Shown here in pieces: positions 18,293 through 29,144 of a stretch of DNA of 64,000 nt; the first letter of the stretch is position 1, and every line of letters begins with the position of its first letter. Position numbers and translations under genes: made by a program. Under the pieces are notes generated by a model that saw only the letters and a program-made list of their open reading frames with translations, was not told the origin of the DNA and did no database searches. The DNA is from Spirochaetaceae bacterium. GTDB taxonomy: Bacteria; Spirochaetota; Spirochaetia; DSM-2461. The stretch spans positions 24,831-88,830 of the forward strand of contig JAOPTT010000016.1 of NCBI GenBank assembly GCA_051531975.1. Direction: 5' to 3'.

Positions 18293-19763
18293 ATATATTT
18301 TAACATTTTTGATACTTAATATAGTATTTCCACTAATTTCAAACGAAACAATATTGTGGGAGTTAGCTCTACCTGGGAATGTTATATCTAATCCTATAGA
18401 AAATAAAAGTGGTGAAGTTATCTTAATATGTGAAGATAGGCGTCTTTATTCTATTAATAATCGATCTGGGAAAATTAATTGGAAAATAAAACCTGGTGGT
18501 AGATTAGAAAATCTTTTTCTATCACCTGACGGGTCAATTATTTTGAATGATGAAAATAGATTATATTCGATACATGCAAATGGAGAAGTTAGATGGTCAA
18601 TTGATGTAGAACTAGGATTCCAAAGTAATATAGTTATTGGAGATAGGTCAGATATATTTTTTGTATCAAATAACATTTTATACCTTGTTGATAGATTTGG
18701 TATTAAAAATATAATAATAAAAGATATCTATACCTCAAATATATCTGTATTAAATAATTCTCTTATAGCTTTTACAAATAAAAATAAGTTAACAACTATA
18801 TCTTTTAGCGGTAAATTGGCATGGGAACATCAAGTTCATTTATCGAGTTCTATTTTACAAAGTTCAGAAAATGGACTCTACTTGATTTATAATGATGGGA
18901 CAGTGGATTCTTTTTCAAATAATGGTGATGTGATTAATTCCATAAATATTGATAATCGTGACTTTACTCATACTTCGTTAAATTTATCAGGAGATCTTAT
19001 TCTTTACGGTTTAAATGGGGTTTCATTACTTAATAATGAGAAAGTAATCACTAAGAATAAAGATTATGACTTTGGTCTATATTACTCTGATGGTATACTT
19101 ATAAAATCTTTTGATGACTGGACACTTAAAGGTATAGATAAGATCCAAGATAATAGTTTTTATCCATCGGGTTTGAAACAAAAAATTGGTAATACATTAT
19201 CATTGTCAGGAAAGAGAGTATGGGGAGATGAAGTCAAGAGAGAATATTATATCAACTCTATATTAGGTGGTGATAGGGAACTTCAATATAGAACATTAAA
19301 TTATATCGATGATCTTATTGGAACAAAGGACTTGTTAGATCAATTTCCTAACTTCTATGAAGTTTTATTAGTTGCTGGATCGACCCAAAATAAAAATCAA
19401 GATACTAGATCAGAAGCATATAGATTAATTGGTAAAAGTAAGGATATAAACTTTATACCATATTTATTTTCAGATTTAGAAGCAGAATCATCTTTTGAAA
19501 TTATTTCATACATTTTTTATGCTATGGGTCAGATATCAGTTGATAGATCAGGTTATGTGTCTGAATTAATAAATAAAAGAATAGATGATTATTACGATGA
19601 AAAAATGGTAATAAATGGTCTATATGCACTGTATTATATAAATATGTATACTAATGCAGAGTATTTAAATAGTGTTTTTTTAGGAATAGAGAAAATTTTA
19701 AATGGTGGATACTCTAGGAATATAGAAAAACAATGTTATTATATATTAGAAAAATTAAAATAG
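18285..19763 (+). CDS. PQQ-like beta-propeller protein with C-terminal HEAT-like helices
   Basis: Signal peptide; repeated LYSI...G.I.W blades. Confidence 0.6.
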   Translation: MNKYILTFLILNIVFPLISNETILWELALPGNVISNPIENKSGEVILICEDRRLYSINNRSGKINWKIKPGGRLENLFLSPDGSIILNDENRLYSIHANGEVRWSIDVELGFQSNIVIGDRSDIFFVSNNILYLVDRFGIKNIIIKDIYTSNISVLNNSLIAFTNKNKLTTISFSGKLAWEHQVHLSSSILQSSENGLYLIYNDGTVDSFSNNGDVINSINIDNRDFTHTSLNLSGDLILYGLNGVSLLNNEKVITKNKDYDFGLYYSDGILIKSFDDWTLKGIDKIQDNSFYPSGLKQKIGNTLSLSGKRVWGDEVKREYYINSILGGDRELQYRTLNYIDDLIGTKDLLDQFPNFYEVLLVAGSTQNKNQDTRSEAYRLIGKSKDINFIPYLFSDLEAESSFEIISYIFYAMGQISVDRSGYVSELINKRIDDYYDEKMVINGLYALYYINMYTNAEYLNSVFLGIEKILNGGYSRNIEKQCYYILEKLK

Positions 19764-19772
19764 GAGATTATT

Positions 19773-21221
19773 TTGAAAAAAGTATTATCTATAATAATAT
19801 TTTTGGCTGTAATAATACCAATCAATTCATTAATGGTAGATAAACAGGTCATAACTTTAGAACAAGAGACTTCAGTTGAGTTTGAAAATTATGTTGGTCC
19901 TTATCTTTTTTATAACACTGTTGAAGAGATTCGTAATATAGGAGCTTATTTGGCTACTAAAATAACTACGGATTTAAAATCTGAAGGTAATTATTCAAAT
20001 AAATATTTAATGTATCATAGACCTAAATTAGAATGGGAAAAGAATATAAATTCCTGTGATATTTTTGAAATTACATCATTTGCATTAATAGATAATATTG
20101 AAAATATTAAATTAATTCTCTCACAATATCTAATAGATACTTATGGATATACATTAGAAGATTCAAATTTACTAGCGGAATTACTTGTTATGTATAACGC
20201 TGTTTATAGAGGCGATACGGAGCATTTATCCCAAAAATATACATCCGAAGGTGCTATTGTCGATGATCCAAATAATATAGGGATTGATTTACATTATTAT
20301 AATTGGCCAGGTAAAACTAATATGTATATTCCACTTTCAGATAACATATTAATTGGACAATTATCTAATATTGATACAGATAAGATCTTAGATGACAATG
20401 TAATTGATTTAATAACAGTGGAATTAGTTGATCAGATAGAATTAAGAGAAGATATCGTTGACTTCAAAGAACGTGAAGTTGATGAAGAAATAAAAAAAAT
20501 TGAAGATACTAAAGAAAAGTTATTAGAAGAAAAAAGTGATATTATTGAGTTAATTAAAGATGATCCAGAAAATGAAGCATTAACTAATAAGCTAGAGGAT
20601 ACAAAAGAAAAAATAGACGATTTAAAAGTAATGGAAGAACTTATTGAAAATAAAGAAGATAAGATTTTAGAGCTGAGAGATGACTTAGCTGAGGATAAAA
20701 ATGAACTAATAGTAAAAAAAGATGATGTCTCTACTTCTACTTCTGTATTCCCATATATCCTTAATAGAACAGACGGTGATATTAATTTTGGTACATTACT
20801 AAACATAACAGCTGATGGTACTATTAAAACAAAAGGTTTTGTTAATAGTATTAGAAACAATTCTTATAAAAGTGAAGGTAGTTATTTATATATAATAGCT
20901 GGTGGTGATAGTGAAAACCAAATTGTTACACTAGGCAAACTTAAACAGAATGATTTAACTGTCGTTACTTGGGGAAATGTCGAATGTTATGATAAATCTC
21001 CAATAATATTTTTAGGTGAAAAAATATATAGTACTATTATTGTTGATGGTAAATATTATATAGGAGAATTTGATTCTGATTTAAAGTTAATTAGAAGAAC
21101 TACGGATAATTTACTAAAAGATAGCTACATTGTTCTTAAGGATGAAGTCTTTTATATACAAGGGGAATATAATAGTATAATATTGGTTAATTTGTCTGAT
21201 TTTATTGAAATTACCGATTAA
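19773..21221 (+). CDS. P83/100 antigen family protein
   Basis: VEFENYVGP, IDNIENIKLIL..YL, YNAVYRGD, WPGKT..YIPL, central coiled coil. Confidence 0.8.
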   Translation: MKKVLSIIIFLAVIIPINSLMVDKQVITLEQETSVEFENYVGPYLFYNTVEEIRNIGAYLATKITTDLKSEGNYSNKYLMYHRPKLEWEKNINSCDIFEITSFALIDNIENIKLILSQYLIDTYGYTLEDSNLLAELLVMYNAVYRGDTEHLSQKYTSEGAIVDDPNNIGIDLHYYNWPGKTNMYIPLSDNILIGQLSNIDTDKILDDNVIDLITVELVDQIELREDIVDFKEREVDEEIKKIEDTKEKLLEEKSDIIELIKDDPENEALTNKLEDTKEKIDDLKVMEELIENKEDKILELRDDLAEDKNELIVKKDDVSTSTSVFPYILNRTDGDINFGTLLNITADGTIKTKGFVNSIRNNSYKSEGSYLYIIAGGDSENQIVTLGKLKQNDLTVVTWGNVECYDKSPIIFLGEKIYSTIIVDGKYYIGEFDSDLKLIRRTTDNLLKDSYIVLKDEVFYIQGEYNSIILVNLSDFIEITD

Positions 21222-21233
21222 TAGGGAGTCTTT

Positions 21234-22817
21234 ATGGTTGATTTTACTAGTAGTTTTTACGGAAGAACTATTTCTGTTGTTCAAGACCTTACAATTGAAG
21301 AGCAACTATATTTATATAATAAAACTAAAGAGCTTAAATATGCAATAATTAACAACTTAGATACAAACCATTTTAAAATAAATGACACTGAGTTTGGTAT
21401 ATATCTTATGTTTTTTGAAAGCAGTACAAGAACTAAAGAATCTTTTAGAAACGCAGCAAAATTTCATAATGTTAAACTTAATAACTTTGATGTAACCAGT
21501 TCTTCATTTAACAAAAGTGAAAGCATTTTAGACACTATAAAAATGTTGTATGGATATTCTGGTAAATCTATGTTTATTATGCGAACTGCTCAAGAAGGTG
21601 TATGTACTTTTTTAGATGAAAAAATAAAAAACTATAGTAAGCTTACTGGTTTACCTAAAGCTGGTTTTATAAATGCAGGTGATGGAAAACATGAACATCC
21701 AACCCAAGAATTTTTGGATGAGTTTTCTTTTTTAGAACATAAGGATTGGGATCGAGAAGAGATTCATCTCGCACTTGTGGGGGACCTTTTCCACGGTAGA
21801 ACAGCACACTCTAAAGCTAATGGACTTAAAATATTTAAGAAAGTTAAAATAGATCTAATTGCGCCTAAAGAACTAGCAATGCCAGAAGAATATATTGAAA
21901 CTATGGAGTTAAATGGTTTTGAAATTAGATTCTTTTCATCAATTGAAGAGTATCTTGATAATAGTAGTATTTCAAACATTTGGTATTTCACTAGGCTTCA
22001 ACTAGAGCGTATGGGAGATAAAGTTTTAGATAAAGCTAATGATTTAAGGGCCTCAGTGACCTTTAGAGAAGACTTTATAAGTTCACTACCTGAAGGTACA
22101 AAATTTTATCATCCATTGCCAAGACATAGTATCTATCCTGTAATTCCAAGTTTTTTAGATGAAACACCTCTAAACGGTTGGGATTTACAATCAATGAATG
22201 GTTATTATACTAGAATTATAGAAATTGCGTTATTAGGTGGAGCAATTGGAAATGATTTTAAACCCGACGTAGATCCTATTAAATTAAAACATGATAGTGA
22301 TTTTATTCATGAGATTAAAATTAAAGGTAAATCCATGTTACATGATACATGGAAGGTTGGTATTAAGCCAGTAGATAATGGGTTAGTAATTGATCATATT
22401 GGCCGAGGTTTATCATTGGAAGAAATATGGGATCTCGTTGACCGAGTTCGAAGGGTTATGAAATTTAATTTAAGAAGTTCCCATGGTGTTTTTCATACTA
22501 AAGATACTTCAGTTTTTAAAGGGATAATTTCTATCCCTGGATTATTCGATTTAGATGAAAAACAAGTAAAGATGCTTTCGGCTATATCTCCAGGGTGTTC
22601 AGTTAATATTATTAAAGATTCATATGTTTTTAGAAAGTTTCGATTATCAATGCCACCTGCAATTTTTAACTTTGAAGAGATCTCTTGTAAAAATATTAAT
22701 TGTATATCTAACAAAGATAATCATGAAAATATAGTGACTTATTTTTCTAAATCAACAAAGAATAAATTTGTGTGTAAATATTGTAACAAGAGTTACAGCT
22801 ATAATGAAATTTGGTAA
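21234..22817 (+). CDS. pyrBI: fused aspartate carbamoyltransferase catalytic and regulatory chain
   Basis: FFESSTRT, NAGDGKHEHPTQ, HPLPR; C-terminal GLVIDHI and C..C/C..C Zn site. Confidence 0.93.
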   Translation: MVDFTSSFYGRTISVVQDLTIEEQLYLYNKTKELKYAIINNLDTNHFKINDTEFGIYLMFFESSTRTKESFRNAAKFHNVKLNNFDVTSSSFNKSESILDTIKMLYGYSGKSMFIMRTAQEGVCTFLDEKIKNYSKLTGLPKAGFINAGDGKHEHPTQEFLDEFSFLEHKDWDREEIHLALVGDLFHGRTAHSKANGLKIFKKVKIDLIAPKELAMPEEYIETMELNGFEIRFFSSIEEYLDNSSISNIWYFTRLQLERMGDKVLDKANDLRASVTFREDFISSLPEGTKFYHPLPRHSIYPVIPSFLDETPLNGWDLQSMNGYYTRIIEIALLGGAIGNDFKPDVDPIKLKHDSDFIHEIKIKGKSMLHDTWKVGIKPVDNGLVIDHIGRGLSLEEIWDLVDRVRRVMKFNLRSSHGVFHTKDTSVFKGIISIPGLFDLDEKQVKMLSAISPGCSVNIIKDSYVFRKFRLSMPPAIFNFEEISCKNINCISNKDNHENIVTYFSKSTKNKFVCKYCNKSYSYNEIW

Positions 22818-22823
22818 CTTTTT

Positions 22824-23099
22824 TTAATATGGCAACTTTATATAAGAAGTTGCCTTTAATAAGATACCTTGTTCAATATTAATTGATCCATATACTATTA
22901 TTTTTGATCCAATTTTTAAATTTATTCCTTGGCTTGAAATGATTTTTACAGTTATTTCCCCATTTATATAAATCTTTTTATCTACTTGTATTTTAAATTT
23001 GAATATATAATTTCCAAAAACATCTATATAATAATATGGGATTGAGGATACGACACCAAATATGTTATTCATAATAGCTTTATATAAAATTAGTTTCAT
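22824..23099 (-). CDS. small OB-fold protein (SSB/PriB-like, divergent)
   Basis: IFGVVSSIP...FKFKI...LKIGSKIIVYGSI pattern; start uncertain. Confidence 0.4.
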   Translation of the reverse strand: MKLILYKAIMNNIFGVVSSIPYYYIDVFGNYIFKFKIQVDKKIYINGEITVKIISSQGINLKIGSKIIVYGSINIEQGILLKATSYIKLPY

Positions 23100-23153
23100 G
23101 GTATTCAATTTAGGTTGTTTTTATTTAAAAAAATAGTATAGTTAGGGGAGTTT

Positions 23154-23840
23154 ATGGCTATAAAAGAGAATATCAATAAAATAAATATAGAAATCACTAA
23201 TGCAGAATTAAGGTTTGATAGAAAACAAGGCATAGTTAAATTATTAGCAGTTTCTAAAACAAAACCGATTGAACTACTAAAAGAAGCATATGAATGTGGA
23301 CAAAGAATATTTGGAGAAAATAAAGTTCAAGAAGCTGAATTAAAATTTCCACAAATGCCTTCAGATACCGAATTTCATATGATAGGCCATTTGCAGAGCA
23401 ATAAAGTATCTAAAGCCTGTAAGGTTTTTACCTGTATACAGTCAGTAGATTCTCTAAAGATTGCAAAAAAAATTAATAACTGTTGTAAAGAACTTGGTAA
23501 AACAATGTTTATATACCTTGATATTAATATCTCTACGGATGAAAACAAAACAGGCTTTGAAAATAATAATGACTTTTTAAATATATTTGAGGAGATTTTA
23601 AGTTTATCAAATATTGAGGTAAAAGGTTTAATGTGTATAGGTGCATATACTGATAATGTTGAGGTTATTAAAAAAAGTTTTACTGATCTTCGTGAGTTAT
23701 TAGATCTTCTTCATTTAAAATTCCCATCATTTAAAGAAAAAGAGTTATCTATGGGCATGAGTAGTGATTATATAGAAGCAATTGAGATGGGTTCTACAAT
23801 GGTTAGAGTTGGTAGTTCTATATTTGGACACAGAAATTAA
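23154..23840 (+). CDS. yggS: PLP homeostasis protein, YggS family
   Basis: LLAVSKTKP, FGENKVQE, HMIGHLQSNK, LSMGMSSDY, VRVGSSIFG. Confidence 0.95.
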   Translation: MAIKENINKINIEITNAELRFDRKQGIVKLLAVSKTKPIELLKEAYECGQRIFGENKVQEAELKFPQMPSDTEFHMIGHLQSNKVSKACKVFTCIQSVDSLKIAKKINNCCKELGKTMFIYLDINISTDENKTGFENNNDFLNIFEEILSLSNIEVKGLMCIGAYTDNVEVIKKSFTDLRELLDLLHLKFPSFKEKELSMGMSSDYIEAIEMGSTMVRVGSSIFGHRN

Positions 23841-24184
23841 TGAGAAAAATTATTGCTATTTTATTGATATGTTCTACATTTTACTCATTTAGTGAAACAG
23901 ATATAGATATTGATACACCGGAACCATATGAATTAAATGAATTTCATCCTATATTACTTGATGTTAGGAGAGCTTCTATAATTTTTTGTGGTGCTTTCCC
24001 ATTGGGATATATGTATTCATCTTTAATTATAGATCCGTTATTAGAAGACTCAACAATATATGATGATCTTGATACTGATGAAAAAAGTAATAAAGAAATA
24101 GAAACAAAACTAATAAGTAGTCTAATATTTGCAGGTATAATAATGATAATAGACTTGATAATTGAAAAATTTTTTAGAAGGTAG
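23840..24184 (+). CDS. hypothetical membrane protein
   Basis: Signal peptide, PEPY..EF....DVRRA.II..GAFP, C-terminal TM. Confidence 0.6.
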   Translation: MRKIIAILLICSTFYSFSETDIDIDTPEPYELNEFHPILLDVRRASIIFCGAFPLGYMYSSLIIDPLLEDSTIYDDLDTDEKSNKEIETKLISSLIFAGIIMIIDLIIEKFFRR

Positions 24185-24188
24185 CATT

Positions 24189-25145
24189 TTGGATAATTTA
24201 AGAGAATACATGGATTTAATAGTAGAATATGATGGTAAGATTCGTATCGACAGATATATATCAGAATCAGGAATACTTACTCGAAACCAATTAAAAGAGA
24301 GAGAGTTGGTAGTTGTTTATAAAGGCAAAGAGATCAAACACGCTAGCAAGGCCAAAAATGGTGAAACATATAGTATCAGCTGGTTAAAAGAAGTTGAAAT
24401 TGATATTCAAGCTGAAGAATTACCACTTGATATAATTTATGAAGATTCAAATACAGTAGTAATTAATAAGGAGCAAGGAGTCGTTGTTCATCCAGCGTTA
24501 GGGAACTATTCAGGTACCTTAGTACAGGGGTTAATGTTCTATATTAAGAACCTGTCAAATGAATTTGAAGGAGATACCCAAAGACCAGGTATTGTTCATA
24601 GATTGGATAAAGATACATCGGGGATTATTATAACAGCTAAAAATACAGACTCATTAAACTTTTTAGCTACACAATTTAGAGATAGAACCAATGTAAAAGA
24701 ATATCTAGCCATTATTAAAGGTAATCCAATTAAGAAAAGAGATACAATTAAAAGTTATCTAAAAAGAGACACTAAGGATCGAAAAAAATTCATGTCTAGC
24801 GATGATGAAACTATAGGTAAGTATGCAGAAACTGATTATGTAGTACTTAGTTCTAACGATAAATATTCTCTTGTAAAGTTGATTCTTAAAACTGGAAGAA
24901 CTCATCAGATAAGAGTACATATGAAGCATCTTGGGCATCCTATAGTTGGAGATCCTATTTACTCTAGAACAGATAGTAACCATAGGGATGCAACACTAAT
25001 GCTTCATTCATATCATTTAGGAATAAATCTATTTAATGAAGATTTTATGAGAGATTTTTATTGTCCCCTACCTGAACGTATGATTAAATTTATGGAAGTA
25101 GAAGAAATCTCAATGCCGGCTATTTTAGAGGAGCATAAAGATTAA
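24189..25145 (+). CDS. RluA/RluD family pseudouridine synthase
   Basis: RPGIVHRLDKDTSG, TGRTHQIRVH, HPIVGDPIY; start at 24189 (TTG) or 24210. Confidence 0.93.
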   Translation: MDNLREYMDLIVEYDGKIRIDRYISESGILTRNQLKERELVVVYKGKEIKHASKAKNGETYSISWLKEVEIDIQAEELPLDIIYEDSNTVVINKEQGVVVHPALGNYSGTLVQGLMFYIKNLSNEFEGDTQRPGIVHRLDKDTSGIIITAKNTDSLNFLATQFRDRTNVKEYLAIIKGNPIKKRDTIKSYLKRDTKDRKKFMSSDDETIGKYAETDYVVLSSNDKYSLVKLILKTGRTHQIRVHMKHLGHPIVGDPIYSRTDSNHRDATLMLHSYHLGINLFNEDFMRDFYCPLPERMIKFMEVEEISMPAILEEHKD

Positions 25146-25689
25146 ACATCTTCTTTTCAGTTTCTAATATTGATGGAGGACCATGACCAGGAAACATTAT
25201 GGCATGGTCTTCTAAGATTAATAACTTTTCTTCTATAGTATCTATTAACATTTCTTCTTGGTATTTACTATCTGTGCGACCTAAAAGCCCAGCTGAAATT
25301 ACATCTCCAACAAAAACCATATTACCAATTTTATATACAAGTGAATCTGAAGAGTGCCCAGGGATAAAAATCGCTTCAACATTGTATCCAGATAACTTTA
25401 AAGTCTCACCATCAACAATACTATTAGAATCAAAATCACCAACATGGGAATAGAAAGAGTAGATTTGTGCATCATATATTTTTTTTATTGTTCTTAATGC
25501 TTCATAATGATGAATATGAGTATGGGTTATTAAAATATGCTTTATATAAAAATTGTTTTTTTCAATAAGATCTAACATATGAATATCCATAATTCCTGGA
25601 TCGATTAAAATAGCATCTCCACCTGCATCAGGACCAACAATATAACTATTTGCTTTACCAAACATAGAAAAATGTTTAAGAATCTTCAT
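25120..25689 (-). CDS. MBL-fold metallo-hydrolase
   Basis: THTHIHH, PGHS, GD, PGHG motifs. Confidence 0.85.
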   Translation of the reverse strand: MKILKHFSMFGKANSYIVGPDAGGDAILIDPGIMDIHMLDLIEKNNFYIKHILITHTHIHHYEALRTIKKIYDAQIYSFYSHVGDFDSNSIVDGETLKLSGYNVEAIFIPGHSSDSLVYKIGNMVFVGDVISAGLLGRTDSKYQEEMLIDTIEEKLLILEDHAIMFPGHGPPSILETEKKMFNLYAPLK

Positions 25690-26182
25690 TAGTACTTCCT
25701 CTATTAAAAAATGCTTCTTCTATATTTGATAATTTAAAGGAAACTTTATTATTAATATAATCTGAAAAGTCTACTCGTTTCAAATTACAATCGATAAATT
25801 GACTTTGATCTATAAAACTTCCAATAAATCTAGAAAGATATAGATCCGAATTGTTAAATATACATTTAAATATTGTGGAGATATTAAAATTATTATTTAG
25901 TATCTCACAATCAGAAAAATCTGTATTTTTTAATACAGAATCAGAAAATATAGAATCAACTATAATGCTTTTTCCAAGGTTACACTGGTTAAAACTAGAT
26001 TTATTAAAAAAACACATATTAATTTTGCTGTTTCTCAAATAAGTTTGATTAAATGATGTATTGTTAAATTGGCAAAAGTGAAAACTCTTATTTGATAAAT
26101 CTAGATTATCAAATGATAAACTAGAGAAATTATCCTTATAAAAAGACTGTTTAGAATTAATATAATCTATGACTTTTTGCAT
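25676..26182 (-). CDS. pentapeptide repeat protein
   Basis: Serial F/L-x-x-x-x repeats; start taken as ATG 26182. Confidence 0.85.
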   Translation of the reverse strand: MQKVIDYINSKQSFYKDNFSSLSFDNLDLSNKSFHFCQFNNTSFNQTYLRNSKINMCFFNKSSFNQCNLGKSIIVDSIFSDSVLKNTDFSDCEILNNNFNISTIFKCIFNNSDLYLSRFIGSFIDQSQFIDCNLKRVDFSDYINNKVSFKLSNIEEAFFNRGSTNEDS

Positions 26183-26318
26183 ATAACAAAGGTTAAGTTG
26201 AATATTAATAATTATCAAGCAATAAATTAAAATAGCTTTAGTATCATTTACTTAATAACAACACTGATTTATACTAATTTCATGTTAAAGAAATATATAA
26301 TAATGAAGGTTTCTTTTA

Positions 26319-27113
26319 ATGGATAAACCTATTGTTTTTTATGATTCCGGAATTGGAGGAATACCATATCTTACTTATCTTAGAGATCAGATTCCTTATG
26401 AAGATTTTATTTATGTAGCTGATAATAATAATTTCCCATATGGTGATAAACCGGAAGAAGTGATATTGGAAATAATAACAAATATAATAAAAAGAATAGT
26501 AAAGACATTTAGTCCTAAAGTTATTGTTATAGCTTGTAATACCGCTACAGTTACAGCATTAGATGTTTTACGAACTATAATAGATATTCCACTTGTAGGT
26601 GTTGTTCCAGCAATAAAAACTGCCGCTTCAGTGACAAAAAACAATAAAATAGGAATTTTAGCTACAAATAGAACGGTTAATGGTTCTTATTTAAAACAAT
26701 TGATAGATAATTTTTCATCAGATAAAGAAGTATTCTTAGTGGGCGCTTCTGAACTAGTTCAATTTGTTGAAGATAAATATTATAATTCTTCAACTAAAAA
26801 TATAGATAGATTTATATCAAAATCAGTTTCAAAATTAAAAATATATGATGTTGATTCAGTTGTCTTGGGATGTACACATTTTATACATGTTGCTATTGAA
26901 ATTAATAAAGCATTAGGAAAAAATGTTAATATAATAGATTCTAGAGAAGGGGTCTCTAATCAAGTTCTCAGAGTTATTACATCTAAAAAAAATAAAAACA
27001 ACAGTGGATCAAGTCACTTCTATCTAACGAAAGAGATAGATCTTTGTAAAAATTATAGAAGTTTGTGTATGAAATCAAAGTTAAAATATATAGGAGAAAT
27101 CAAAGTTTGTTAG
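26319..27113 (+). CDS. murI: glutamate racemase
   Basis: DSGIGG, PYGDK, IACNTAT, LGCTHF. Confidence 0.96.
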   Translation: MDKPIVFYDSGIGGIPYLTYLRDQIPYEDFIYVADNNNFPYGDKPEEVILEIITNIIKRIVKTFSPKVIVIACNTATVTALDVLRTIIDIPLVGVVPAIKTAASVTKNNKIGILATNRTVNGSYLKQLIDNFSSDKEVFLVGASELVQFVEDKYYNSSTKNIDRFISKSVSKLKIYDVDSVVLGCTHFIHVAIEINKALGKNVNIIDSREGVSNQVLRVITSKKNKNNSGSSHFYLTKEIDLCKNYRSLCMKSKLKYIGEIKVC

Positions 27114-28027
27114 AAGGTGTAGTTCTTTGGGGAATGAATAATATATTTACAGTATTAGTCAATGATAGAAAAATTGAATGCCGAATAAAAGGGAAAGTTT
27201 TAAAAGATAAAGTAAAAGCATATAATCCTTTAGCCAGTGGTGATAAAGTAATAATTGAGTTAGATCCTATATCAGAAAATCATGGAATGATTATTAGAAG
27301 GACTGACCGTTTAAATCATTTTTCTAGATGGAATAAAAAAAGAAATGCACCACAAATTATTGCGGCAAACATTGATATGGTTATATGTGTATGCTCTCCT
27401 GAATCACCACCATTTAGACCTAGGTTTATTGATAGAGCACTTATTTCAGCTGAAAATGGTGGAGTAACACCAGTTGTTGTATTAAATAAAATTGATCAGG
27501 AAATATCTGAAGAAGTTGAACAACGATTAAAAGGATATACTGACCTTGGTTATAAAGTTCTTAGGGTCTCAGCCCAAACCGGAGAGAATATTGAAGAATT
27601 AAGAGATTATATAAAAGGTAAAAAAACTGCTTTTGTAGGTCAATCTGGTGTAGGGAAATCCACAATACTTAATGCTCTTAATCCAGAATTGATGTTGAGA
27701 GTTGGTGAGATAAGTGAAAAATTTAATAGAGGTAAACACACCACATGTTTTGCTGTGATGGTACCTCTTCCTGATTATACTATTATTGATACCCCAGGTA
27801 TAAGGGAACTTAATATTTATGGTGTAGATCCTAGAGTTTTATCACATTTTTTCCCAGAATTTGATGAATATTGGGGGGATTGTAAGTTTAAAGGTTGTAC
27901 TCATACACATGAACCTGGTTGTGTCATAAAAGAAGCAATTATTAGAGGGGATATAGATGAGGATAGGTTTAAAGGGTATAATTCGATAATTCAAGAATTA
28001 GAAGATTCTTTGATAAAATTTTATTAA
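27107..28027 (+). CDS. rsgA: ribosome small subunit-dependent GTPase A
   Basis: NKID, GQSGVGKST, GKHTT, DTPGIRE, CKFKGCTHTHEPGC; TTG start after AGGAG. Confidence 0.96.
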   Translation: MLEGVVLWGMNNIFTVLVNDRKIECRIKGKVLKDKVKAYNPLASGDKVIIELDPISENHGMIIRRTDRLNHFSRWNKKRNAPQIIAANIDMVICVCSPESPPFRPRFIDRALISAENGGVTPVVVLNKIDQEISEEVEQRLKGYTDLGYKVLRVSAQTGENIEELRDYIKGKKTAFVGQSGVGKSTILNALNPELMLRVGEISEKFNRGKHTTCFAVMVPLPDYTIIDTPGIRELNIYGVDPRVLSHFFPEFDEYWGDCKFKGCTHTHEPGCVIKEAIIRGDIDEDRFKGYNSIIQELEDSLIKFY

Positions 28028-28067
28028 GCTCTATTGAAAGAGATTGCATGAGCGTATACAATGTGGC

Positions 28068-28703
28068 ATGTTAATTTCCTCAAGATTAAAGTTTAATCAG
28101 TTATTTATAAAGCTTTTATTTCCCATGATTTTGTTAATGTTTAACTCATGTCTTACAATTGAGTCTGATATGAAATTAAATAGTAATGGAAGTGGAGAAA
28201 TCGACATAAATTATATTTTAGACCAAGGATTAAAAGGTATCTCAAGCTTAGGATCGGATGATGACATTGTTCCTCTTAATCTTAGTGAGGATTATATACG
28301 TGAAATTTCGGCTAATAGAGATGATATTAGATATAAAAATTATGTAATAACTGAAGATGAATCATTTTATAACGTAAGTGTTACATTTGAGTTTGATTCA
28401 ATTGAAGCTTTAAATAGTGTACTTCCAAAAGAGAATGCTATAAGTATTAAAAAAGAGGGGAATGAAACAGTTTTGTTTCAGAATCTTATTTCAGACAGTT
28501 CGGAAGAGTTGAATTCTGAAACACTTGGAATTTTTAAAGATATTTTCGCGGATCACTCTGTAACCTTTAAAATTAAAACTCCAAGTGAGATTATTAAAGT
28601 TGAAAATGGATCTAAAATTGGTACTAATATTGCTATTTATCAGGAAAGCTTTATTGATGTAATTAGTACTACAGAAAAAAAATCTTGGAGTATTAGATGG
28701 TGA
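28068..28703 (+). CDS. hypothetical lipoprotein
   Basis: Lipobox MFNS-C followed by L...GSG. Confidence 0.6.
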   Translation: MLISSRLKFNQLFIKLLFPMILLMFNSCLTIESDMKLNSNGSGEIDINYILDQGLKGISSLGSDDDIVPLNLSEDYIREISANRDDIRYKNYVITEDESFYNVSVTFEFDSIEALNSVLPKENAISIKKEGNETVLFQNLISDSSEELNSETLGIFKDIFADHSVTFKIKTPSEIIKVENGSKIGTNIAIYQESFIDVISTTEKKSWSIRW

Positions 28704-28704
28704 T

Positions 28705-29103
28705 ATGCAGAGTTCACAATCAATAGAATGGGATCGACAGTTAAAAAAACTTTTTGATGATGTTGATGACTATTTAGAGGATAAATATGGAGACTTATAT
28801 CCATTACATCCAAATAGAATGAAAAGAGGTTTGACATCTAATAAAGAAATGGATGGTCTTATCAATATAGGGGCATCTTTTTCTCCTGGATATGGTACCG
28901 AATTTGGAAGAGGCTACGTTATAGATTTACACTTATCAACATTAGTAGGTGTCGATTCTGAAACAAAGAATCAAATTGAGATAAACGCTATAAAAATGGT
29001 TGGTAAACTTCTGGATAAATATTTTCCTGGTAGGGCACTAGATATAAAAAAAGATGGAGTCATCTACAAAATTTGTGGTGATTTATCATTAGGTTCTTTA
29101 TAG
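28705..29103 (+). CDS. hypothetical protein
   Basis: 132 aa, coupled to upstream gene; YLEDKYG..YPLHPNR. Confidence 0.65.
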   Translation: MQSSQSIEWDRQLKKLFDDVDDYLEDKYGDLYPLHPNRMKRGLTSNKEMDGLINIGASFSPGYGTEFGRGYVIDLHLSTLVGVDSETKNQIEINAIKMVGKLLDKYFPGRALDIKKDGVIYKICGDLSLGSL

Positions 29104-29144
29104 AACATTAAATTAGAAATTTTAAGCTGTGGAGGCTTGTTCAT

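Noticed and set aside
20432..20860. Ser-rich 142-aa minus-strand ORF, and similar short ORFs at 2548, 8757, 13044, 13876, 17554, 18446, 21114, 21764, 22493, 24759, 25199, 25851, 26411, 28640, 31188, 35432, 40576, 43031, 45682, 60595, 61132, 62909 and 63808
   Set aside because: Antisense shadows of well-supported genes, with no recognisable motifs.
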